Shown: piece by piece, positions 48,777-59,053 of the stretch
Position numbering within the stretch: position 1 is the stretch's first letter
How the letters are laid out: each line of letters begins with the position of its first letter
Position numbers and translations under genes: made by a program
The notes under the pieces: model-generated
The model's input: the letters and a program-made list of their open reading frames with translations, nothing else
Database searches by the model: none
What the model was told of the DNA's origin: nothing
Assembly: GCA_024231955.1 (NCBI GenBank)
Contig: JAAEPZ010000591.1
Span: 98,453-162,452 of the forward strand
Length of the DNA: 64,000 nt
Direction: 5' to 3'
Source of the DNA: a bacterium
GTDB lineage: Bacteria; Krumholzibacteriota; Krumholzibacteriia; JACNKJ01

Positions 48777-49733
48777 ATGAGCAATTCCAGGAAGATCGGC
48801 ATCTATTCCGATTCCACATTTCTCCTCCACGCTACCGGAGCCGGACATCCGGAGCGGGCCGAGCGCTTGCGCGCCCTGGAGCCGGTGTTCGCCGAGCTCC
48901 CGCAGGAGCGATTCGAACTCATCAGCAGTTGCGCTCCCTGTCCCGAGGAGTTGCTGGCTACCGCCCACAGCGGACCGCACATCGAGCGGGTGAGGAGCGC
49001 GTGTACCGCCGGGCCCGGTTATCTGGATTCCGATACCCACGTCGTTCCCGTGAGCTGGGACGCCGCTCTCCGGGCGGTCGGGGGCGTCACGGACGCCTGC
49101 CGTCGCGTCCGGACGGGCGATCTGGCCCGCGCCTTCTGCGCCGTCCGCCCCCCCGGACATCATGCCGAGCCCAGTCGCGCCATGGGTTTCTGCCTGTTCA
49201 ACAATGTGGCCATCGCCGCGCGCTACCTCCAGGAGGAGCTCGGGGTCGGCAGCGTGGCGATCGTCGATTTCGATGTTCACCACGGCAATGGCACCCAGGA
49301 GATCTTCTGGGATGACCCCACCGTGCTCTACGCCAGCAGCCACCAGTTCCCGCACTACCCGGGTACGGGACGTCGGGAGGAGGTCGGTGCGGGCATGGGG
49401 CTGGGCGCAACCCTCAACATGCCCCTGCCCGGTGGAGCGGGGGACGAGATGATGATCCCCTGGTACGAGGGGGAACTCGCCACCCGCTTGCGGAGCTTCA
49501 AGCCCGATTTTCTGATCGTTTCGGCCGGATTCGATGCCCATGCCCTGGATACTTTGAGCAGTATGAGTGTCACCACCGAGGGGTTCGGTAAAATCACGGC
49601 CATACTGGCCGGTTTGGCCGACGAACTCTGTGGCGGACGGCTTGTCTCCGTGCTGGAGGGGGGCTACCACCTGGAGGCTCTCGCCGAATCGGTCGCTCTC
49701 CATCTGGCCGAGCTGGCGCCGCAGGAGAGATGA
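48777..49733 (+). CDS. Histone deacetylase-family (AcuC/acetylpolyamine amidohydrolase-like) deacetylase
   Basis: Catalytic core RPPGHHA...FCLFNNVAIAA...DFDVHHGNGTQ...GFDAH...EGGY. Start at internal ATG (MSNSRKIGIY...) rather than track start 48693. Confidence 0.8.
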   Translation: MSNSRKIGIYSDSTFLLHATGAGHPERAERLRALEPVFAELPQERFELISSCAPCPEELLATAHSGPHIERVRSACTAGPGYLDSDTHVVPVSWDAALRAVGGVTDACRRVRTGDLARAFCAVRPPGHHAEPSRAMGFCLFNNVAIAARYLQEELGVGSVAIVDFDVHHGNGTQEIFWDDPTVLYASSHQFPHYPGTGRREEVGAGMGLGATLNMPLPGGAGDEMMIPWYEGELATRLRSFKPDFLIVSAGFDAHALDTLSSMSVTTEGFGKITAILAGLADELCGGRLVSVLEGGYHLEALAESVALHLAELAPQER

Positions 49734-49860
49734 CAACGCACCGCGAACCGCAGCGCCGGATAGCCGGGGAGGCAGATCTTGCTAAACCCCTGTTCCTCTG
49801 CTATCTTGCGAGCTTGAAAAGAAACAGTCCGTCTACGGATGACAATCACAGGAGATCAGA

Positions 49861-50421
49861 ATGAAGATCATCGCGACCCAGGTTCGAGTCGGAAACGTCC
49901 TCCAGATCGACACCGATCTGTATCGCGTCACTGGGATGACGCACGTCACACCCGGCAAGGGGATGGCCCATGTGCAGGTGAAGCTGAAGAACCTGCAAAC
50001 CGGCAACAACAAGGAATCCCGTTACGGCTCGAGCGAGAAGGTCGAGAAGGTGGATGTGATCACCAGCAAGATGGATTACAGCTACGAATCCGGGGATGAA
50101 TACGTCTTCATGGACAACGAGACCTTCGACCAGATCTCCATTCAGGAGGATCTGCTTGCGGAGGCCAAGCTCTATCTGGTGCCCAACACGACCGTGGATG
50201 TCCAGACCTTCGAGGGGCGCGTTATCGGAATCGAATTGCCGAAAGTGGTTGTCCTGGAGATCGTGGACACTCCGCCCGAGGTGAAGGGGGCCACGGCCAC
50301 CGCCCAGACCAAGCCCGCCACCTGCGAAACCGGCCTGGTGGTTACGGTGCCCGGGTTCGTCAGCAGCGGCACCAGCATCAAAGTGGATACGGCCACCGGC
50401 AAGTATCTGGAGCGTGCCTGA
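49861..50421 (+). CDS. efp: Translation elongation factor P
   Basis: 186 aa. VRVGNVLQIDTDLYRV...KPGKGMAHVQVKLKNLQTGN...YVFMDNETFDQI is the classic EF-P sequence. Confidence 0.9.
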   Translation: MKIIATQVRVGNVLQIDTDLYRVTGMTHVTPGKGMAHVQVKLKNLQTGNNKESRYGSSEKVEKVDVITSKMDYSYESGDEYVFMDNETFDQISIQEDLLAEAKLYLVPNTTVDVQTFEGRVIGIELPKVVVLEIVDTPPEVKGATATAQTKPATCETGLVVTVPGFVSSGTSIKVDTATGKYLERA

Positions 50422-50559
50422 GTCCGACCGGGGAGATAACCCCTTGCCGAGCAAAAACGAAAACATTTTAGCGGGGGAATTGAGATTCGTTGACAATCTC
50501 TTTCCCCCGTTACTATTGTGACATAGTTCCGGTGGGTACTATTCACGCCCAGTGGATGT

Positions 50560-52908
50560 GTGATCTCCATGAGAAGGGATGGATCGATGTCAGACATCAG
50601 CAAGCAGAAGGAAGCCCTCAAGCGCGCCGCTCTGGAATATCACGAATCAGGTGAGCGCCGGGGGAAGATCGAAGTCGTCTCCACCAAACCCTGCCTGACT
50701 CAGCGTGATCTGTCGCTGGCCTACACTCCGGGTGTCGCCGCGCCCTGCCTCGAGATCGAAAAGAATCCCGAGGACGCGGTTCGCTATACCGCGAGGGGGA
50801 ACCTGGTTGCGGTGGTCAGCAATGGCACCGCGGTGCTGGGTCTCGGCAACATCGGCGCTTTGGCCGGCAAGCCGGTGATGGAGGGCAAGGGTGTCCTCTT
50901 CAAACGATTCGCCGATATTGATGTGTTCGACATCGAACTGGATACCGAGGATCCCGCGGAGATCATCAAGGCCGTCAAACTGATGGAACCGACCTTCGGC
51001 GGCATCAATCTCGAGGATATCAAGGCCCCCGAGTGCTTCATGATCGAGGAGACCCTGAAGCGGGAAACCGACATTCCGGTGTTTCATGACGATCAGCACG
51101 GCACGGCAATCATCTCCGGCGCGGCTCTCATCAACGCCGTCGAGATCACGGGTAAGAAGATGGAGGAGCTCAAGGTCGTCTTCAGCGGCGCGGGAGCCGC
51201 GGGTATCGCCTGCGCCAATTTCTACATCTCGCTTGGCGTGCAGCTGGAAAACATACTCATGGTGGACAGCAAGGGCGTGCTCTGGCGGGGACGTGGCGAT
51301 GAGGACAAGAACGCCTACAAGCTGAAGTTCTTCCGTGAGACTGAGTGCCGCGACCTAGCCGACGCCATGAAGGGGGCCGACGCTTTCTGCGGCGTCTCCT
51401 TTGCCGGGTTGCTTAAACCGGAGATGGTGAAGTCCATGGGCGAGCAGCCGATCATCTTCGCCATGGCCAACCCCGATCCGGAGATCACCTATCCCGACGC
51501 CGTCGAGGCCCGCCCCGATTGCATCATGGCCACCGGCCGCAGCGATTATCCCAATCAGGTCAACAACGTGCTGGGTTTCCCCTTCATCTTCCGGGGTGCC
51601 CTGGATGTCCAGGCCACGGCCATCAACGAGGAGATGAAGCTGGCCGCGGCCCATGCCCTGGCGGCTCTGGCCAAGGAGGACGTACCCGAGACGGTGATGC
51701 GCGCCTACGAAGCCGACGACCTGGCTTTCGGTCCCGAGTACATCATCCCCAAACCCTTCGATCCCCGCGTTCTGGTCTGGGAGGCGGCGGCTGTCGCCAA
51801 GGCGGCCATGGAGACGGGCGTGGCCCGCAAGGAGATCGATCTCGACGAATACCGTGAGGAGCTCAGGGAGAAGCTGGACGAATCGCGCGAAACGATGCGC
51901 AAGTTCCAGGTCCTGGCCAAGCGTAATCCCAAGCGTCTGGTCTTCCCGGAGGGGACCTACAGCAAGATAGTACTGGCGACGTCGGAGATAGCCCGGGAGG
52001 GGATCGCCAAGCCCGTGCTGCTGGGCAAGCGGGAGGAGGTCCTGGCCCGTTTCGAGGAGCTGCATCAGGATCCGACCGGCATTGAGATCATCGATCCGCT
52101 CAATTCGGAACATTTCGACGACTACGTCAAAGCCTACTACAAACTGCGGCAACGCAAGGGCGTGACGGAGGAGCAGGCGAAATCGGAGATGCGTGAGATC
52201 AGCGTCTTCGGCGCGATGATGGTCAGGCAGGGGCATGTCGATGGCTTCGTCGGCGGCGTCAGCATGGACTACGGCAGGATTCTGCGGCCGGCGCTGAAGA
52301 TCATCGGTCCCCGGGCCGGCGGCAAACTCGTCGCGGGTATGTATATGCTGCTCCATCAGCAAAGGCTGTTCTGCTTCGCCGACTGCTCGGTGAACATCGA
52401 ACCCAGCGCGGCCGAGCTGGCGGAGATCACCCTGCTGGCGGCGCAGGAGCTGGAGCGGCTCCACATAACGCCGCGCATCGCCATGCTCTCTTTCTCCAAC
52501 TTCGGTTCGGTGCGTTGCCCCGCCACCGATAAGGTCGCCCGGGCGGTCGACCTGATCAAGCGGGAGCGGCCCTACCTGCTGGTGGACGGTCCGGTGCAGG
52601 CCGATGTGGCCTTGAGCCCGCAGTTGATGAAGGAGCATTTCCCCTTCTCCGATCTGCGTGATCGTCCCAACCTGCTCATCTTCCCCAGTCTGGACGCCGG
52701 GAACATCAGCCTGCGGCTGGTGGAGATGTTCAGCCACGGCCAGGCGATCGGTCCCATCATGATGGGTATGGACAAACCGGTGCATCTGGTCGTGCAGGGG
52801 AGCGATATCAATGCCATCGTCAACATGGCGGCCATCGCCTGTGTCGATGCTCAGAATGAAGCCAAACGTAGAGAGAGCCTGGAGACGGCTCTCAACTATC
52901 ACACCTGA
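50560..52908 (+). CDS. maeB: NADP-dependent malic enzyme with C-terminal phosphotransacetylase-like domain (MaeB type)
   Basis: 782 aa. Malic enzyme motifs ([21 protein letters not shown]) followed by a PTA-like domain. Start may be the internal ATG at about 50587. Confidence 0.85.
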   Translation: MISMRRDGSMSDISKQKEALKRAALEYHESGERRGKIEVVSTKPCLTQRDLSLAYTPGVAAPCLEIEKNPEDAVRYTARGNLVAVVSNGTAVLGLGNIGALAGKPVMEGKGVLFKRFADIDVFDIELDTEDPAEIIKAVKLMEPTFGGINLEDIKAPECFMIEETLKRETDIPVFHDDQHGTAIISGAALINAVEITGKKMEELKVVFSGAGAAGIACANFYISLGVQLENILMVDSKGVLWRGRGDEDKNAYKLKFFRETECRDLADAMKGADAFCGVSFAGLLKPEMVKSMGEQPIIFAMANPDPEITYPDAVEARPDCIMATGRSDYPNQVNNVLGFPFIFRGALDVQATAINEEMKLAAAHALAALAKEDVPETVMRAYEADDLAFGPEYIIPKPFDPRVLVWEAAAVAKAAMETGVARKEIDLDEYREELREKLDESRETMRKFQVLAKRNPKRLVFPEGTYSKIVLATSEIAREGIAKPVLLGKREEVLARFEELHQDPTGIEIIDPLNSEHFDDYVKAYYKLRQRKGVTEEQAKSEMREISVFGAMMVRQGHVDGFVGGVSMDYGRILRPALKIIGPRAGGKLVAGMYMLLHQQRLFCFADCSVNIEPSAAELAEITLLAAQELERLHITPRIAMLSFSNFGSVRCPATDKVARAVDLIKRERPYLLVDGPVQADVALSPQLMKEHFPFSDLRDRPNLLIFPSLDAGNISLRLVEMFSHGQAIGPIMMGMDKPVHLVVQGSDINAIVNMAAIACVDAQNEAKRRESLETALNYHT

Positions 52909-52934
52909 TCTCCAACAAGCCCTAGGAGCGGTCC

Positions 52935-53594
52935 ATGACCGAAACCGACAAGCGGAGTTTCGTGCTGAGAAGGATTCACAGCCTGACCGGGGTCATACCG
53001 GTGGGGCTGTTCCTGCTCGAGCATATGTTCACCAATTCGGCCGCCATGTATGGCGGAGAAGTCTACAACAGCCGGGTGGAGTTCTTGCTGACGCTGCCCT
53101 TTGTGACGGCGCTCGAGATCGGGATGATCTTTCTCCCCCTTCTCTACCACGCCATCTACGGAGTTGTGATCACCTTCACCGGCAGGGCGAACAACATCGC
53201 CTACGGCTACGGCCGCAATCACAACTACCTCTGGCAGAGGATCAGCGGCTTCGTCGTCGCGATCTTCATCGTCCTCCATGTGGGGGGGACCAAGATCTGG
53301 GCGATTCAGCAGACGTTGCCCGCCGGAGAGCACCCCGACTTCTTTGCGCGGATGGCCACGATTCTGGATAGTCCGGCTGCGATAGCCCTGTATCTCGTCG
53401 GCATGCTGGCGGCCTTCTATCACTTCGCCAACGGCCTGTGGAATTTCTCCATCACCTGGGGCATCACGGTCAGTCAGGGGGCGCAACGTCGCCTGACGGT
53501 CGTCTGGGTCCTGCTGGGCCTGGCGCTGATGGCCGTGGGTGTCGCATCCGTTTTATCCTTCAACGGCATCTGGCCCGGATCGCCGGGACATTAA
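52935..53594 (+). CDS. sdhC: Succinate dehydrogenase/fumarate reductase cytochrome b subunit (5-TM, di-heme type)
   Basis: 219 aa. N-terminus FVLRRIHSLTGVIPVGLFLLEHMFTNS and spaced His residues, typical of B-type SQR/QFR membrane anchors. Confidence 0.8.
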   Translation: MTETDKRSFVLRRIHSLTGVIPVGLFLLEHMFTNSAAMYGGEVYNSRVEFLLTLPFVTALEIGMIFLPLLYHAIYGVVITFTGRANNIAYGYGRNHNYLWQRISGFVVAIFIVLHVGGTKIWAIQQTLPAGEHPDFFARMATILDSPAAIALYLVGMLAAFYHFANGLWNFSITWGITVSQGAQRRLTVVWVLLGLALMAVGVASVLSFNGIWPGSPGH

Positions 53595-53607
53595 AGGAGA
53601 GATCTGC

Positions 53608-55404
53608 ATGAAAGCCCAAGCCAGATACATTGTCGTCGGAGGGGGACTCGCGGGGCTGATGGCCGCCATCAGAATCGCCGAATCCGAAGCGAACACCGCT
53701 GTGGATGTGTTCAGCCTCGTGCCCGTCAAGCGCTCCCATTCGGTCTGCGCCCAGGGCGGCATCAATGCCGTCCTCGATGTGAAGGGGCAGGACGATTCGA
53801 TCATGGAGCATTTCGATGATACCGTTTACGGCGGCGATTTCCTCGCCCATCAGTCCCCGGTCAAGGGGATGGTGGAGGAGGCGCCGCATATCATCAACAT
53901 GTTCGATCGCATGGGGGTCATGTTCAGCCGCACCGCGGAGGGTGTGCTGGATCAACGCTACTTCGGCGGCGTCAAGAAGCGTCGCACAGCCTTCGCCGGG
54001 GCGACCACCGGCCAGCAATTGATGTACGCCCTCGATGAGCAGACGCGGCCGCACGAAGTAGGCGGCGGTGTCGTCAAGCATGAGGGCTGGCAGTTCCTCA
54101 GCCTGGTCCTGGACGGGAACGGTCGCGCCTGCGGCATCTCGGCCCTGGAACTGAAATCGGGCGAGGTCAAGACCTTCCCCGCCGATGCGGTACTCATCGC
54201 CTCCGGCGGCTTCGGCATGGTTTATGGTCGCTCCACCACCAGCACGATCTGCACCGGCGGCGCCGCGAGCGCCATCTATCAGCAGGGCGCCGTGCTGGCC
54301 AACATGGAGTTCATCCAGATCCATCCCACTGCGTTGCCCGGCGAGGACAAGAACCGCCTCATGAGCGAGTCGGCTCGCGGTGAGGGGGGCAGGGTGTGGG
54401 TGCCCCGCAAGCCGGGGGACAATCGTGACCCGCGCCAGATTCCCGATGCCGAACGCTTCTACTTCCTGGAGGAGCGCTACCCGGCCTACGGCAATCTGGT
54501 GCCGCGCGATGTCGCCTCACGCGAGATCTTCAAGACCTGCACCGAAGAGGGGCTGGGCATCGGCGGCGAGAATATAGTCTACCTGGATCTGACCCACATG
54601 GATGCGGATTATCTCACGCGCCGTCTCGGCGGCATCCTGGAGATCTATGAAAACTTCGTGGGGGTCGACCCCAGGGTCATGCCCATGAAGATCTTCCCCT
54701 CGGTGCACTACTCGATGGGTGGTATCTGGGTCGATTGGGATCACATGACCAGCATCCCCGGTTGCTTCGCGGCCGGCGAGGCCGATTATCAGTACCACGG
54801 CGCCAATCGTCTGGGGGCCAACAGCCTGCTGTCGGCCACCTATTCGGGTGGCCTGGCCGGGCAGAAGATGCTCGACTACGTGGCTGGTATGGAGTCCGGC
54901 GACACGTCGAGTTCCGTATTCGACGGCGAGCGGAAGCGGCAGGTGGAGATCAATCAGAGTCTCCTCAAGGCGGAGGGTCCGGAGAATCCCGGCAACCTGC
55001 ACAGGGAGCTGGGGGAGTGGATGACGAAGAACGCATCTGTGATCCGCTTCAACAAGGATCTGGATTCCCTGGTCGGTCACGTCGACGAAATGCTGGACCG
55101 GTATCACAACAATCTGGGGTTGGGGGACAACGGTTCCTGGTGCAACCAGGAGTTGGGCTACGCTCGCGATCTGGGCAACATGCTGCGCACCGCGCAAGCT
55201 GTGTCCCGCGCGGCGAGAAACCGGGACGAGAGTCGCGGCAGCCACTACAAACCCGATTTCCCCGAGCGGAACGACGAGAAATATCTCGCCACGACAAAGA
55301 TCACCTACAACGCCGGCAAGGGCGAACCGGAGATCGATTACTCGGAGAAAATCGACACCGCTCACATCCAACCCCGCAAGCGGGACTACTCGGTGGACAA
55401 ATAG
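53608..55404 (+). CDS. sdhA: Succinate dehydrogenase/fumarate reductase flavoprotein subunit
   Basis: ATG with AAAGGAGAG RBS. YIVVGGGLAGLMAA FAD site, HSVCAQGG covalent-FAD His motif, HYSMGG, RLGANSLL. Confidence 0.9.
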   Translation: MKAQARYIVVGGGLAGLMAAIRIAESEANTAVDVFSLVPVKRSHSVCAQGGINAVLDVKGQDDSIMEHFDDTVYGGDFLAHQSPVKGMVEEAPHIINMFDRMGVMFSRTAEGVLDQRYFGGVKKRRTAFAGATTGQQLMYALDEQTRPHEVGGGVVKHEGWQFLSLVLDGNGRACGISALELKSGEVKTFPADAVLIASGGFGMVYGRSTTSTICTGGAASAIYQQGAVLANMEFIQIHPTALPGEDKNRLMSESARGEGGRVWVPRKPGDNRDPRQIPDAERFYFLEERYPAYGNLVPRDVASREIFKTCTEEGLGIGGENIVYLDLTHMDADYLTRRLGGILEIYENFVGVDPRVMPMKIFPSVHYSMGGIWVDWDHMTSIPGCFAAGEADYQYHGANRLGANSLLSATYSGGLAGQKMLDYVAGMESGDTSSSVFDGERKRQVEINQSLLKAEGPENPGNLHRELGEWMTKNASVIRFNKDLDSLVGHVDEMLDRYHNNLGLGDNGSWCNQELGYARDLGNMLRTAQAVSRAARNRDESRGSHYKPDFPERNDEKYLATTKITYNAGKGEPEIDYSEKIDTAHIQPRKRDYSVDK

Positions 55405-55422
55405 CCGGGCGAAAGGAAGATC

Positions 55423-56172
55423 ATGGCCAAGAGGATGGTGGTATTCCGAATCAAACGCCAGAATACTCCCGACGGTGTCGCGCGCTGGGAGGAGTTCGAG
55501 CTTGAGTATCGGGAAAAGCTGAATGTGATCATCTGTCTCAACGAGATCCGGCGCAACCCGGTGACCCGGGGTGGGCAGAAGACGACGCCCGTCGCCTGGG
55601 AGTGCGCGTGTCTGGAGGAGGTCTGCGGGGCCTGTTCGATGGTGATCAACGGCAAGGCCCGTCAGGCCTGCAGCGCTTTGATCGACGAACTCGAACAGCC
55701 GATCAAGATCCAACCGCTCGGCAAGTTCCCCATCATACGGGACCTGGTTGTCGATCGGAACAGCATGTTCGAGAACCTGAAAAAGGTGAAGGCGTGGGTG
55801 CAGCTCGATGGCAGCTGGCATCTCGGCGCGGCGCCCCGCATGGACGAGCGTGACCGTTTCCGGGCTTACGATTTCTCCCGCTGCATGACCTGCGGTTGCT
55901 GCGTACAGGCCTGTCCCCAGGTCAATGGCGCCAGCAACTTCATGGGGGCGCAACCTATCGGACAAGTACGGCTGTTCAACAGTCACCCGCTGGGCAAGAT
56001 GCAGACCGAGGAGCGGCTTGAGGCGTTGATGGGCAAGGGCGGCATCTCCGAATGCGGCAATGCTCAGAACTGCATACAGGCCTGTCCGAAGGATATCCCC
56101 CTCGGGGATGCGATCGGCGAGGTCAACCGCCAGATGAGTGTGCATCTCATCAAGAAACTGTTCGCACGTTAG
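55423..56172 (+). CDS. sdhB: Succinate dehydrogenase/fumarate reductase iron-sulfur subunit
   Basis: 249 aa. [2Fe-2S] CACLEEVCGACSM and [4Fe-4S]/[3Fe-4S] CMTCGCCVQACP...CIQACP motifs. Confidence 0.85.
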   Translation: MAKRMVVFRIKRQNTPDGVARWEEFELEYREKLNVIICLNEIRRNPVTRGGQKTTPVAWECACLEEVCGACSMVINGKARQACSALIDELEQPIKIQPLGKFPIIRDLVVDRNSMFENLKKVKAWVQLDGSWHLGAAPRMDERDRFRAYDFSRCMTCGCCVQACPQVNGASNFMGAQPIGQVRLFNSHPLGKMQTEERLEALMGKGGISECGNAQNCIQACPKDIPLGDAIGEVNRQMSVHLIKKLFAR

Positions 56173-56191
56173 CGGGCTCTGACTTACTATA

Positions 56192-56237
56192 ACCCGAAGC
56201 GAGCGCCCTGTCCGGGGCGCCCGGTTCGGGTCTTTTC
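56192..56237 (+). terminator. Extended GC-rich hairpin with CUUUUC tail after sdhB
   Basis: ACCCGAA...GCGCCC-tgtcc-GGGGCGC...TTCGGGT then CTTTTC. Confidence 0.4.
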
Positions 56238-56253
56238 ATGTCCGGAGATCAGG

Positions 56254-57588
56254 ATGGCCTATTCAGATAGTTTCGAGTTGGAGATTGAGAGCCTGGCGGC
56301 CGGCGGCGATGGCGTTGGGCACCACGAGGGCAAGGCGATCTTCCTGGCCAACGTGGCTCCCGGTGATGTGGTCACCTGTCGGATTACCCGTGATCGGGAT
56401 CGCTGGGCCAAAGGGGAGCTTGTCAGTATGGTGTCAGACGGACCTGACCGCGTCGAGCCCCCCTGTCCGGTGGCCGGCAAATGTGGCGGGTGTCAATGGC
56501 AGCATGTATCGCTGGAGGCGCAGCGGATCGGACGCCAGGCCGTGGTCGAAGACGCGTTGCAGCGGATAGCCGGTTTGCACTCCTGGCCGGAGATAGAGTT
56601 TGCCGAAACCGTGAACAATGGCCTGGGATATCGCTGTCGCAGCGAATATCATGGGGCCCTGAGGTCGGCGGGACACCTGGATTTCGGGTTCTTCGCCAGG
56701 GGTAGTCACGAGCTTGTCGGGCATGACCGCTGTCTGCTGCTGGAGCCGCCGCTGGCCGAGGCCGTGAATGAACTCAAGGATCGGTTGCGGCTGGAGCTGC
56801 ATGAGCGCTGCCGCTTCCAGGTCGAGGCGACCTTGCTGCAGGGACCGGCTCTCCAACTGCTCATCAATGTCGAAAAGGCGGGGGCGAAGGCCCTGGCCAC
56901 GGCCCTGGAGGGCTGGCGCCCGTCGAATATGGAGGCCATGCATTACGAGATCCGCTTCCTGGATGGCAGGGGCGTTTTCCGCGAGGCACCGAAGGCACCC
57001 TATGTGCGGGACACACTGAGCATGGCGGATGCCAAGGGGGGGGAGCGGGAGATTCCGCTCTACACCCGTCCCGGTGAGTTCATTCAGGGGAATACCGAAG
57101 CCAATACGCAGTTGATCGAGGCCATTCTCAACGCGGCTACCCTGCAGGATGACAGCTGGATTCTCGATCTCTATTGCGGGGCCGGCAATTTCACGCTGCC
57201 GTTGGCGCTGGCCGGCGCAAGGGTTCTTGGCGTGGAGAGTCGTCGCAGCGCGCTGAGGAGCGCGCGCAAGACCACACGGGAGCTGGGACTGGGACGTGCC
57301 CGCTTCCGTGCCGGCAAGGTGGATGAGCTGCTGCCCCTACTGCTGGAGGAGGGGAAGAGCTACCATACCGTCGTCCTCGATCCGCCGCGACAGGGGGCTC
57401 CCGAATTACAGCAGTATCTGGATGGGTTCGGGATCCGGGAGATCCTGGCGGTGAGTTGCCATCCCGCCACTTTGGCCCGCGACCTGAAGGGTTGGATCGC
57501 CAAAGGATTCACACTGGAATCGGTGCAACTGTTTGATTTCTTCCCGCAGACCTATCATGTTGAAGTTCTGGCGAAGCTTAGCCGATAA
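56254..57588 (+). CDS. rlmD: 23S rRNA (uracil-C5)-methyltransferase, RlmD/RumA family (TRAM + [4Fe-4S] + SAM MTase)
   Basis: 444 aa. TRAM domain N-terminus. Cys cluster CPVAGKCGGCQWQH. SAM motif ILDLYCGAGNFTLPLA. Catalytic Cys near the C-terminus. Confidence 0.8.
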   Translation: MAYSDSFELEIESLAAGGDGVGHHEGKAIFLANVAPGDVVTCRITRDRDRWAKGELVSMVSDGPDRVEPPCPVAGKCGGCQWQHVSLEAQRIGRQAVVEDALQRIAGLHSWPEIEFAETVNNGLGYRCRSEYHGALRSAGHLDFGFFARGSHELVGHDRCLLLEPPLAEAVNELKDRLRLELHERCRFQVEATLLQGPALQLLINVEKAGAKALATALEGWRPSNMEAMHYEIRFLDGRGVFREAPKAPYVRDTLSMADAKGGEREIPLYTRPGEFIQGNTEANTQLIEAILNAATLQDDSWILDLYCGAGNFTLPLALAGARVLGVESRRSALRSARKTTRELGLGRARFRAGKVDELLPLLLEEGKSYHTVVLDPPRQGAPELQQYLDGFGIREILAVSCHPATLARDLKGWIAKGFTLESVQLFDFFPQTYHVEVLAKLSR

Positions 57589-57613
57589 TAGTGAGTAACA
57601 CCGTCAGGGGGAG

Positions 57614-57901
57614 GTGCCGATAATGGACAACACACGAGCTTACCGGATCACCGGAATGGTGCAGGGTGTCGGCTTTCGCTACTTCACCCGCAATCAGGCG
57701 CGCTCGCTCGAGCTGAGCGGGTGGGTGTGCAATCGAGGTGATGGTTCCGTGGAGGTGCATGTCCGGGGGGACAACCAGACCCTGGACAAGTTCGAGGGTG
57801 TTCTCCGAGAGGGCCCCGAGAGCAGCCACGTGGATGAGATCAAGAGGCTCAAGGACACAACCATCCCGGATGCCAAGACATTCGAGATCCGTTTCGGGTA
57901 G
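57614..57901 (+). CDS. acyP: Acylphosphatase
   Basis: 95 aa. VQGVGFRYFT and GWVCNRGDGSVEV signatures. Confidence 0.85.
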   Translation: MPIMDNTRAYRITGMVQGVGFRYFTRNQARSLELSGWVCNRGDGSVEVHVRGDNQTLDKFEGVLREGPESSHVDEIKRLKDTTIPDAKTFEIRFG

Positions 57902-57982
57902 AGAACAATTCATAGGCAACATGAACAAGGCCGTGGAGCAAAACGCTCCACGGCCTTGGTGTTTTCAGGGGTGTACCGTACC

Positions 57983-58882
57983 TCAGCGACTGCGGACACC
58001 CTCGAATGCCTCGCGCACTGGATCATAGTCGGCATCGACCGCTTCGGTCAGGCTGTCGATGTTGTAGAGATCGCGCAGGATTACCTGTCCGGGACGGCTG
58101 TCGCCCATGATCATCAGCGTATGCTTGATCAGGCTGGCAAGGCGGGGCCTATCCTTATTCATCGTCCGGGTGACGATGAACGTGTCCCCCGGAATCCTGT
58201 CGGAGAAGAAAATGGGGGTCAGACGCCGTGCGTCCCGTTTGTCAAGGAACTCCTCCGAGGTCCAGGATCCGACCTTACCCTTGGGGTCATCGGCGAAAGT
58301 GGCGCCGACATCGACCGTACCGTCGAGGATCTGTCTGATCACCGATTGGTGGCCACCCGCATAGGTGATTTCGGAGAAGTACCTGTCCGGATCGATCCCC
58401 TGGGCGAGCAGGGAGCTCATGGGGATGACATAACCGGAGGTGGAGCCGAGGTGGGTGAAGGCCAGCCGCTTGCCTTTGAGATCGTTGAGATTGGTGATGC
58501 CGCTGTCCTTGAGCACCAGCAGGACGCTCCAGTAGTAAGGCTGACCGCCCCGCACCGATTTGAGCAGTAGTTCGACATGCGCCACTTTGGCGGCGGTGAT
58601 GTAGCCGAGGGGAGAGAGGAAGGCGAAGTCGACCTTGCCCTCGGCGATGGTGCGGATCAATTGGCTGTAGCTCTCGACTACGACCGGTTCGCAGATAAGT
58701 TTGCTGCGCTCCTCGAGGAAGGCGCAGAAGGTGCCCGCCTTGGACTGGATGATCCCCGGGCTGTCGCCGCCGTTGAAACCGATCCGTATGGGTCTGTCAA
58801 TCGTGCCATCCTGGGCAGAGGCGGCAACTGCAGGCAGGAGCAATATCAGAAACAGAATGAACCGTGCTGAGAGTCGTGGCAT
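57983..58882 (-). CDS. PhnD-like periplasmic substrate-binding protein (phosphonate/phosphite ABC-type SBP fold), orphan
   Basis: Start at ATG 58882 (MPRLSARFILFLILLLPAVAASA signal) with GGAGG RBS. IRIGFNGGDSP...YVIPMSSL resembles the PhnD/SsuA-like fold. No permease or ATPase genes adjacent. Confidence 0.65.
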   Translation of the reverse strand: MPRLSARFILFLILLLPAVAASAQDGTIDRPIRIGFNGGDSPGIIQSKAGTFCAFLEERSKLICEPVVVESYSQLIRTIAEGKVDFAFLSPLGYITAAKVAHVELLLKSVRGGQPYYWSVLLVLKDSGITNLNDLKGKRLAFTHLGSTSGYVIPMSSLLAQGIDPDRYFSEITYAGGHQSVIRQILDGTVDVGATFADDPKGKVGSWTSEEFLDKRDARRLTPIFFSDRIPGDTFIVTRTMNKDRPRLASLIKHTLMIMGDSRPGQVILRDLYNIDSLTEAVDADYDPVREAFEGVRSR

Positions 58883-59053
58883 TTCGGACCTCCCCTTTAC
58901 TGGACGTGACTGCTTACAGCCTGACACAGCAATACGAAACTGTCAACTTGTGCCGGACGAATGCTCCGTTGACGGGGGATGGAGCCGACGTGAATCGGCC
59001 TGCCGCGAACCGGATGATCCGCCGCAGGCCGGGAATGTGTATTTCGAACTGAT

